Source: Obrimoposthia wandeli
Lineage: Eukaryota
DNA: 64,000 nucleotides
Direction of reading: 5' to 3'
Assembly: GCA_977020255.1 (NCBI GenBank)
Contig: CDROCS010001209.1
Coordinates: 1-64,000, forward strand
The first letter of the stretch is position 1; the number at the start of each line of letters is the position of its first letter. The position numbers and the translations under genes were made by a program. Shown one piece after another: positions 40,612 to 48,295 of this stretch. Under the pieces are notes generated by a model. It did no database searches. It was not told the DNA's origin and saw nothing but the letters and a program-made list of their open reading frames with translations.

Positions 40612-41385
40612 ATGTACGTTGTAGAGCTGCAATTTGAGTGTTTTGATAACACCACAATATCCGCTGTCGATGCCGCAATCAATGGCTTGATGGATGCATT
40701 ACGTTATAACGGTCAGGTACTTGGTCGAGAGTTCCCGATCGTTATGGATGATGGTATTTTTCGTGTAAGAGCAGTATGCCCAGAGCAAGAGAGTTTGCAC
40801 TCGCAATTTAACAGTGAAAATGTCAATGCGCATATCAAACGATTGAATAATGCCTGTTTATTAGCACCTAAAATTAAACTGCTTGGACGCGATATTAACT
40901 CAGAAGCTGCTGCTGAAGATTTAGCACCGTCTTGGCAGGTTATTTACACCACCTTTGTTCACACATGCTCGCCTTTACGCTGTGGCGAAACGTTAATGCC
41001 TATTCCCCTTTATCGTATCGGTCCTACCTCTAATGGCGATCATAAAGCGATTTTGAAATGGCAAACAGAATGGCAAGCTTGCGATGAAATTCAAATGGCG
41101 GGTGGGTGTAAAGCTGAACATGCGACGTTGCATGAGATTCGCGATGTTGATAGCGACCTATTTCGTCGCGGGTGGGATCTACGTGGGCGTATTGAATTTA
41201 TAACGAAGATACCTACCTATTATTATCAATATCGTGTTGGTGGTGACAGTTTAGCGGCAGAGCTTGAACGCAAGTGCCCTAAATGTAATGGTGATTGGCG
41301 TCTGGATGAACCATTGCATAATTTGTTTCACTACAAGTGCGATGAATGTCGGATCGTTTCGAACTTATCTTACGACTTTCAGTAA
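40612..41385 (+). CDS. Zn-ribbon-containing protein (DUF2310-like)
   Basis: RYNGQVLGRE, WQTEWQACD, IPTYYYQYR, C-terminal CPKC...CDEC. Confidence 0.8.
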   Translation: MYVVELQFECFDNTTISAVDAAINGLMDALRYNGQVLGREFPIVMDDGIFRVRAVCPEQESLHSQFNSENVNAHIKRLNNACLLAPKIKLLGRDINSEAAAEDLAPSWQVIYTTFVHTCSPLRCGETLMPIPLYRIGPTSNGDHKAILKWQTEWQACDEIQMAGGCKAEHATLHEIRDVDSDLFRRGWDLRGRIEFITKIPTYYYQYRVGGDSLAAELERKCPKCNGDWRLDEPLHNLFHYKCDECRIVSNLSYDFQ

Positions 41386-41431
41386 CTTGCTTTATGGGTG
41401 GGTTTTTCTAACTGTATAATATTCTATTGAT

Positions 41432-41454
41432 AAAGGGCACCGTATGGTGCCTTT
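41432..41454. terminator. Bidirectional terminator
   Basis: AAAGGGCACC-GTAT-GGTGCCTTT between convergent genes. Confidence 0.7.
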
Positions 41455-41476
41455 GAACTATCAGCATTATCTCGCG

Positions 41477-41752
41477 CTAATGATTTACATTTTCTAATTG
41501 GGTAAGACGAGCCGTTAGATCCGCAACTTGTTGTTCAAGTTGTTTTATACGTTCTTCATTGGAGAGGCTAGGTTCTGCTCTCTCAATTTTTGGTACTTTT
41601 GCATTTTTCTTCCACGCTTGTAGTGCCTTTATAATAAGGGGCATTGGTAGCGGCTCAGTTAATCGCGCTTTAATTAATGCAACGGAAGGTTCTTTGCCTT
41701 CAGCAATAAGAGAGGTAATCGCCTGTTCTAGCGCGAAGGTAATCGTCGACAT
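41477..41752 (-). CDS. Small hypothetical protein, possible KfrA-N-like DNA-binding domain plus coiled coil
   Basis: 91 aa; GKEPSVALIKARL followed by the heptad tail EERIKQLEQQVADLTARLTQLE. Confidence 0.7.
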   Translation of the reverse strand: MSTITFALEQAITSLIAEGKEPSVALIKARLTEPLPMPLIIKALQAWKKNAKVPKIERAEPSLSNEERIKQLEQQVADLTARLTQLENVNH

Positions 41753-41797
41753 AGTACTTTATACTTCCTGAAATCGTGTTTGATATGAAGATACACG

Positions 41798-42028
41798 CTA
41801 TTTTCGTAGCAAAGTATCTAATTGATCAATGACTTCACTCCAATCGGCATCCTGTTCTTGGGATTCTTTTAAAAATCGTTTCTGAGCGGGCTGCCAGAAA
41901 CTGGCTTCGGTTAACGTCTCATTTTGTTCAAGATGATGCTCACAAAGGAATGATTCAATGAATGATTGAGAATTGTTTAGCCCTAATTGGCTGAAAAGGT
42001 TTGATAAATTATGATTGAATGTTTCCAT
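41798..42028 (-). CDS. DUF2789-family protein
   Basis: LFSQLGL, FWQPAQKRFLKE, DADWSEVIDQLD. Confidence 0.8.
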   Translation of the reverse strand: METFNHNLSNLFSQLGLNNSQSFIESFLCEHHLEQNETLTEASFWQPAQKRFLKESQEQDADWSEVIDQLDTLLRK

Positions 42029-42185
42029 ATCTATATTCCTTTGAAGTCGGTTTTTATTGTAAATGAAACTCGCATACCTGTTATGAATGTAGGATAAATT
42101 TGGCTATTAACACCAATTTTTGATGGTGATTTGCGTTAAGTCGATAAAAAATGGTGAGAGTTTAAAGACATATATCTACTTGGCT

Positions 42186-42203
42186 TGTAAGAGATCTCTT
42201 ACA
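42186..42203. promoter_or_regulatory. UvrY/VarA (GacA) binding box for csrB copy 1
   Basis: TGTAAG-AGATCT-CTTACA, inside a perfect 24-bp palindrome (42183-42206). Confidence 0.9.
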
Positions 42204-42372
42204 AGCATGTGCGCCTTTTAAGTTAATGCTGCCAGAGTTAAGCTGACTGAGTTATTTAAGTTGTTGTTTTTAATGCAATTCTGTTTTAGTGATGAATGTT
42301 GTTATGAGAAGTGTGATTGAAGTCCGCTTTGCCTCCCTTGTTCTAAAATTCTAAAAGCGTAATCTTATTGGT

Positions 42373-42807
42373 GTCGGAAGGAACTGACGGAACGGAACAG
42401 GAAAAAGCCAAGGATTTGGTAGTCTCAGGATGAGACCGGTATATCAGGATGATATATCGAACATGGATAGTGAAAGGACCACCGAAGGATTCGGTAACAG
42501 TAAGCAGGATATTTACTGGTCAGGATGACAAAAGGACCACTTCAGGACGAAGTTAGGGACACCTCTAGGATAGAGGCATAAAGGAACACTTCAGGATTGA
42601 AGTAAAGGACACCTCCAGGAAGGAGATGAGAGTTGATATAGGATGTATCGACGGGTTAAGGATAGCCAAAGGATCTCTTCAGGACGAAGATAAAAGGACA
42701 ATGCTGACGGATTACAGCAGTCAATGGAATGATGCAGGGAGCACCATAGTAGCCGGATTGCTGCAAGTAAGACCTAAGGGCGCGACGCAAGTCGCGCCCG
42801 CTCTTTT
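42373..42807 (+). ncRNA. csrB: CsrB-family sRNA copy 1
   Basis: About 31 GGA motifs by hand count, many in CAGGA(T/C)G hairpin loops; TAATCT -10; terminator GGGCGCGAC-GCAA-GTCGCGCCC; located at the syd-yqcC locus. Confidence 0.93.
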
Positions 42808-42980
42808 ATGTCTGCTATAAAATTATTCTTATCCAGAATGGTATTGTTTCATTTCTCCTCTTTTTATCTTTAACTCAATGTATTTAAAGCGTATTTATTG
42901 AATAATATGTTGAGTTATTGTTATTGTTCCTGCCTATTTATCCCAAATGAAATCGATTACTAGATATTGTTTATTTCAGG

Positions 42981-42998
42981 CGTGAGAGATCTCTTACA
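42981..42998. promoter_or_regulatory. UvrY/VarA binding box for csrB copy 2
   Basis: CGTGAG-AGATCT-CTTACA. Confidence 0.85.
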
Positions 42999-43167
42999 AG
43001 TTCGTGGGAAAACTGTATTTTAGTTTGCGACTATTACGCAGTGTATGAAATTAAATTGTTTTAATTCAATCGATTAACATTTTGTTGTGAAGTTGTTATA
43101 TTTTTTATTTACATCATATTATTTCTTGTCCATGTCTAACGTATGCATATCGGGTAATATCTCTCTT

Positions 43168-43693
43168 GTCGGAAGGAACTGACGGAACGGAACAGGAAAA
43201 AGCCAAGGATTTGGTTATCTCAGGAAGAGAGCGGTGTATCAGGATGATATATCGAACATGGATAGTGAAAGGACAATTAAAGGATTTAGCAACAGTAAGC
43301 AGGATGTTTACTGTTCAGGATGACGAAGGACCACTTCAGGATGAAGTTAGGGACACCTCTAGGATAGAGGCTCAAAGGATTTACTTCAGGATGAAGTTAA
43401 GGACACCTCTAGGATAGAGGTTCAAAGGATTTACTTCAGGATGAAGTTAGGGACACCTCTAGGATAGAGGCTCAAGGATTTGCTTCAGGATGAAGTCAGG
43501 GACACCTTCAGGATAGAAGAGAGAGTTGAAGCAGGATTATTCAACGGGTCAGGGAATACCGTAGGACACTCTAGGATAGAGTGGGGAATTATGCTTTAGG
43601 AAGAAGCACATCATGGAATGATGCAGGGAGCATAGGCGTAGCGGGATTGCTGCAAGTGAGATCTAAAGGCGTGACGAAAGTCACGCCTTTTCT
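43168..43693 (+). ncRNA. csrB: CsrB-family sRNA copy 2 (expanded)
   Basis: Same 5' motif GTCGGAAGGAACTGAC; about 38 GGA motifs; TAATAT -10; terminator AAAGGCGTGAC-GAAA-GTCACGCCTTTT. Confidence 0.93.
43333..43516 (+). repeat. 50-nt internal tandem repeat (about 3.5 copies) inside csrB copy 2
   Basis: ACTTCAGGATGAAGTTAGGGACACCTCTAGGATAGAGGCTCAAAGGATTT at 43333, 43383 and 43433, with a partial fourth copy. Confidence 0.9.
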
Positions 43694-43755
43694 CGTTTCT
43701 GCCATTTTCGAATTGTTCGTGTTGTTGATGGCTAATCTACTATGTCTTTCTACTT

Positions 43756-43773
43756 TGTGCGAGATCTCTTACA
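43756..43773. promoter_or_regulatory. UvrY/VarA binding box for csrB copy 3
   Basis: TGTGCG-AGATCT-CTTACA. Confidence 0.85.
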
Positions 43774-43942
43774 AAATTGTGGGAAATCATGTGATTTCAG
43801 GTCAGCTTTAAATATGACATTATTGTTAAGTATTTGTTTTGTATGTCTTTTTGTTTATTTCTGATTCGTGGTGTTTATTTTGTCATACGGTATTTTTGGC
43901 AGGGTGGTTCTTTTTTTTAGGATTCGGCGTAATCTTATTGGT

Positions 43943-44358
43943 GTCGGAAGGAACTGACGGAACGGAACAGGAAAAAGCCAAGGATTTGGTAGTCTCAGGA
44001 TGATGTATCGAACATGGATAGTAAAAGGATCACCGAAGGATTCGGTAACAGTAAGCAGGATGTTTACTGGTCAGGATGACAAAAGGACCACTTCAGGACG
44101 AAGTTAGGGACACCTCTAGGATAGAGGCATAAAGGAACACTTCAGGATTGAAGTAAAGGACACCTCCAGGAAGGAGATGAGAGTTGATATAGGATGTATC
44201 GACGGGTTAAGGAAAGCCAAAGGATCTCTTCAGGACGAAGATAAAAGGACAATGCTGACGGATTACAGCAGTCAATGGAATGATGCAGGGAGCACCATAG
44301 TAGCCGGATTGCTGCAAGTAAGACCTAAGGGCGCGACGCAAGTCGCGCCCGCTCTTTT
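43943..44358 (+). ncRNA. csrB: CsrB-family sRNA copy 3
   Basis: Near-identical to copy 1 apart from a 19-nt deletion and about 5 substitutions; same terminator; about 30 GGA motifs. Confidence 0.93.
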
Positions 44359-44432
44359 ATGTCTGATATCTAACATTCAATGTTTGCTATTGCGCTTTAT
44401 CCTACCGTTAACGAGCATCTGCTTCAGTATCA

Positions 44433-44747
44433 TTAATCAATTTCAACATCTGGAATATGATGAGCAGGCACATAGAACGTCATGGGTCTAAACCTTTTCA
44501 TTTCGACAACCCCTTCATAATAGTCATGACCATTGGCAGAGAATTCAAACAAGTACACCGTTCGCCATCCCCAATTACCTTTATTATCTTTTAGTTTATG
44601 GGAACCTCTTGCTGTGCTGAGTAATTGCAAGCCAAGATTTTTACAACGTTGTTTAATGAACTTTTCGGCGAGTTCAGTTTGGCGTCGTTGTTGCCAAAAT
44701 AAATATGCGCCGAATGCGACCAGCAAGATTGCGATTAAGTTATCCAT
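44433..44747 (-). CDS. DUF3301-family protein
   Basis: N-terminal TM, FWQQRRQTELA, CKNLGLQLL, YLFEFSANG. Confidence 0.8.
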   Translation of the reverse strand: MDNLIAILLVAFGAYLFWQQRRQTELAEKFIKQRCKNLGLQLLSTARGSHKLKDNKGNWGWRTVYLFEFSANGHDYYEGVVEMKRFRPMTFYVPAHHIPDVEID

Positions 44748-44808
44748 AACAAATAAAACTATCCTTAATAAAAATCAACAGATCTTAATATCTTTTAAAT
44801 AGCACAGG

Positions 44809-45855
44809 CTATTTACTACGAGCATGTTGTTGAAGTTGGGTTATCGCTTCAATTAGTGCAGGGTTTGCTTGGCTATGAAGAACTTGAAGCATGATTCCAC
44901 GAAGTAAAGGTAACATGACAAGATCAGTAAATAGCTGATTAAACAGTGTTTGATCTTTTGTTTCAGCAAGACGTAATAAGAATAAACTGGCGGTGTCTGT
45001 GTTTGTTAAACCATACCAACAGCGGCCAGCTATCGCGACCAAGACTTCAGGATGACAAAGCTCTGCGTGTTGTAACAAGGCATTAAGCTGCTCTGTAAGC
45101 GTAACAGCGTTGCTACCTGCAAGTGAACGTATCAGAGCGGCCAGTAAGAAGAGATCTGGCTCTGAAGAGGCCATTTCTGTGTGTAATCTTTCTTTTAAAC
45201 GCTTGCTCAGTGTATCTGGAATATCACAATGCTCTAAACAACCCAGTAATGCATAAAGAGGGGTCATTGGCAGGTTTTGCACTGCTTTTCTTAGTAACGT
45301 ACTGTTATTCTCTTGCTTTATTCTTGCACATATATCAGCTAAACCTTGTAGACCGACACCTTGCCATTGATCCCAGCCTAGATCACCACTTAAAAATAGC
45401 TGAGCATGCTCATAATACTGACTGGTCGATAATGAGAGAACGTGACGTAATTGGGCATGAAAAATCGCCATTTTGTCGTCATTAGGCTTAAATGTGTATG
45501 GATTAGCGGCTAATTTCTCTTGTTCCTCTTCTGTCGGCTCAGCATTGAGTGTTGCGCCCATGGCTTCGATAACATACTTAATAAAATCGCCCACAGCGGC
45601 TTGCTTTAATAACCCTCGCTCATCGAGTGGTAAACGTAAGAACCAAACCCAAGGTGCATTATTGTTTTGCCAAAAAGAGATAGAAAGGTGCGCATGCTGC
45701 TGCAATGGCCATGGATAAGGCTGACGATTTTCTTCTACAGCTTTGAATTGCTCGATATCAATTTCGCAAACACGGCGACCAAGATCGAAAATCTTGTACT
45801 GACAACCTGCATTATCAAGTAATTGGGTAAGGGTGTGAAATTTATCCATGGACAT
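44809..45855 (-). CDS. DUF3549-family protein
   Basis: TLTQLL...YKIFDLGRRV, PYPWPLQQHA, WFLRLPLDERGLL, NPYTFKP; AGGAG RBS. Confidence 0.8.
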   Translation of the reverse strand: MSMDKFHTLTQLLDNAGCQYKIFDLGRRVCEIDIEQFKAVEENRQPYPWPLQQHAHLSISFWQNNNAPWVWFLRLPLDERGLLKQAAVGDFIKYVIEAMGATLNAEPTEEEQEKLAANPYTFKPNDDKMAIFHAQLRHVLSLSTSQYYEHAQLFLSGDLGWDQWQGVGLQGLADICARIKQENNSTLLRKAVQNLPMTPLYALLGCLEHCDIPDTLSKRLKERLHTEMASSEPDLFLLAALIRSLAGSNAVTLTEQLNALLQHAELCHPEVLVAIAGRCWYGLTNTDTASLFLLRLAETKDQTLFNQLFTDLVMLPLLRGIMLQVLHSQANPALIEAITQLQQHARSK

Positions 45856-46031
45856 CGTTATTACTCCTAAATCTGACTCGTGAGTATATCAAAGACAGTA
45901 ATTAACTGACTATTCAATTGCGTAAATCATGTCATTAAGCACTTGAATATTTATCGCAAGGTGCATCTCGTTGTTGGGTGTCTGCAAGTGAAATGGTATC
46001 CTTGCGCGCCAATTTCATGAGGATCTGTTGC

Positions 46032-46352
46032 ATGGATAAATATCGTCATAGCATGTTGTTACTAGAAAAACTTGAGGCAGTCTTACACAATGCTGACCTG
46101 TGGGAAAGTGTACCACCAAGCAACGCAGCGCTTGCGAGTGCAGAACCTTTTGCTGTGGATACGCTATCTTGTAGTCAATGGTTGCAATGGATTTTTATTC
46201 CAAAAATGACACAGATTATCGTGCTGAAGCAGCCGTTACCTCAGCATTTTGAGCTTACCTCTTATGTTGAAGAAGCGATGAAAAATGACAGTGGGGTGAA
46301 TATTATTCTTGGCGTAACACGTGAATTAGATAACCTATTTAAGGCTCAATAA
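46032..46352 (+). CDS. yqcC: YqcC-family protein
   Basis: LW...P...ALASAEPFAVDTLSCSQWLQWIFIPKM; directly upstream of truC. Confidence 0.9.
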   Translation: MDKYRHSMLLLEKLEAVLHNADLWESVPPSNAALASAEPFAVDTLSCSQWLQWIFIPKMTQIIVLKQPLPQHFELTSYVEEAMKNDSGVNIILGVTRELDNLFKAQ

Positions 46353-46354
46353 TT

Positions 46355-47092
46355 GTGGAATTAGACATTCTTTTTCAAGATGAATACTTAGTTGCGGTAA
46401 ATAAACCATCAGGCATGTTGGTTCACCGCTCTTGGCTTGATCGCCATGAAACGGTATTCGTGATGCAAACACTGCGAGACCAAATCGGTCAACATGTATT
46501 TCCGCTTCATCGGTTAGATCGCCCTACATCTGGGGTGTTATTATTTGGCTTATCGAGTGACATTGCGTCGAAAATGATGCCGGTATTTTCAGGGCGAGAT
46601 ATTCATAAAACGTATCATGCTGTTGTTCGTGGTTGGATCAAAGAAGCTGCAGTACTTGATTACCCGTTGAAAAAAGAACTTGATAAAATTGCTGATAAAA
46701 ACGCGGCAGAAACTCAAGAAGCTCAAGAAGCAGTAACAGCCTATAGCCCACTTGCCACCATAGAAACCAATATTCCAGTAGGTCGCTATGCAACTAGCCG
46801 TTATTGCTTAGTTGAAATGAAACCTGAAACGGGCCGTAAACACCAGCTGCGTCGCCATATGCATCATTTAAACCATCACATTATTGGTGACGTAAATCAT
46901 GGTGATGGTCGCCACAATCGTATGTTCCGTGAAAATTATGATTGCCACCGTTTGATGCTACATGCATCTCGTCTGCAATTTGTTCATCCAGTCACAGAGC
47001 AAGCGCTGGATATTCGTGCATCCATTGATGAAACATGGTTACGGGTGATGTCTGAATTTAATTGGTCTACTGAACTGTTAAACTCAAAATAG
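46355..47092 (+). CDS. truC: tRNA pseudouridine(65) synthase
   Basis: AVNKPSGMLVHRSWLDRHE, HRLDRPTSG, TGRKHQLRRH. Confidence 0.96.
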   Translation: MELDILFQDEYLVAVNKPSGMLVHRSWLDRHETVFVMQTLRDQIGQHVFPLHRLDRPTSGVLLFGLSSDIASKMMPVFSGRDIHKTYHAVVRGWIKEAAVLDYPLKKELDKIADKNAAETQEAQEAVTAYSPLATIETNIPVGRYATSRYCLVEMKPETGRKHQLRRHMHHLNHHIIGDVNHGDGRHNRMFRENYDCHRLMLHASRLQFVHPVTEQALDIRASIDETWLRVMSEFNWSTELLNSK

Positions 47093-47240
47093 TCACTAGG
47101 GCTGTTTATTTCTAGTGGCTAAATCATTACGGCACTTTTTTAATGAGGTAGCTCTCGTTGTTGAGTTATCTTATTTGCATATTTGGATATAAAAAGCCAA
47201 ATTTATTTTTGGAATCTCTGAAAATGAAGGCTAGGAAGCT

Positions 47241-47696
47241 ATGGCTAAAATTGGTGTGTTTGTTGGTTCTGTATTTGGCGGCGCTGAAGATGTTGCCCAA
47301 GATATAATTACCCAGTTAAGCAGTAATGGGCATACCGCTCAGCTGTATTTAGATCCTCAACTTGATGATTTATTAGCATATAAAAATGACACCATTGTTG
47401 TTATTACGTCGACAACGGGGCAGGGTGAAGTGCCAGATAACCTTCTACCTCTGTATGTTGCACTCAATGATCAATTTCCATTGATGCCTCAGCTAAGTTA
47501 TGGCGTGATTTCAATGGGGGATTCAAGTTATGGCGAAGATCGTTATTGCGGTGCGGGCCGTCAGTTTGATGAAATGCTGCAACAACTGCAGGCTAAACCC
47601 ATCGAAGAGCGATTAGATATTGATGCATGTGTTAATTTCGATGCATTAGACGTGGCATTACCTTGGTTAAATCGTTTTTTGAAGCAAATAGCCTAA
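47241..47696 (+). CDS. Flavodoxin (YqcA/MioC-like)
   Basis: GSVFGGAEDVA, TSTTGQGEVPDN, MGDSSY, FCGA-like YCGAG. Confidence 0.88.
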   Translation: MAKIGVFVGSVFGGAEDVAQDIITQLSSNGHTAQLYLDPQLDDLLAYKNDTIVVITSTTGQGEVPDNLLPLYVALNDQFPLMPQLSYGVISMGDSSYGEDRYCGAGRQFDEMLQQLQAKPIEERLDIDACVNFDALDVALPWLNRFLKQIA

Positions 47697-47700
47697 ATGA

Positions 47701-47734
47701 TGATTTCTGCTCTGAGAGAAGAGAGCAGAAATCA
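47701..47734. terminator. Hairpin/terminator between convergent genes
   Basis: TGATTTCTGCTCT-N8-AGAGCAGAAATCA, a perfect 13-bp stem. Confidence 0.7.
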
Positions 47735-47741
47735 ATGATGT

Positions 47742-48122
47742 TTATTTTAACTTTTCTAAATCTGTTTCAATTTCTGATATTTTTTGGCTTACAACACGCT
47801 CTAAATGACGTAAATCACCTAAAATTTTCTTCTTAATATCCACTTCAGTATGTTTTCTTTTTGTGATGATATCGAGCTCATCAATAATATGAGTCAGTGT
47901 ACGATTTATTTCAGTGATTTCTTTGTATTCACGGCTACCGCTATTCACCAAGACGGACTTACGCTGACGAGGAAATTTAAATTTCACACTCTTAGCGAAC
48001 AGCTCACCTTTATTCTTTGAAAAATAGACTTTAAGAATGTCATTAGCGGCTTCTTGACGCAGGCTGTAACGTTCAATTGTTTCTGGATGTTCAATACCAA
48101 TACTGGTGAGGTGTGGATACAT
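47742..48122 (-). CDS. yaeH: DUF3461/YaeH-family protein
   Basis: [10 protein letters not shown]...[19 protein letters not shown]...[21 protein letters not shown]. Confidence 0.88.
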   Translation of the reverse strand: MYPHLTSIGIEHPETIERYSLRQEAANDILKVYFSKNKGELFAKSVKFKFPRQRKSVLVNSGSREYKEITEINRTLTHIIDELDIITKRKHTEVDIKKKILGDLRHLERVVSQKISEIETDLEKLK

Positions 48123-48295
48123 AAGGGCCTCTGTTTAATGTTATTATATTTTATGAGCAATAAAATAACTGTAGCAAGAACCGTTCATAACATCCTGATA
48201 GTCGATCCAGAGTGTGGTGAAGATCGCGCATCCTTTAAGTAAAAAATATTTAGCATTAAAGAATGCGAGTTAATTTAGGTGGCCATACTCAATGC

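Noticed and set aside
42373-44358. Repeat-rich region read as a CRISPR array
   Set aside because: Repeats are GGA-loop hairpins without unique spacers, there are no cas genes, and promoter, terminator and UvrY boxes identify CsrB RNAs.
42626-44491. ORFs 42626-42820, 43166-43417, 43581-43811 and 44177-44491
   Set aside because: They lie within or run out of the csrB genes; the duplicated 64-aa sequence just reflects copy 1/3 identity.
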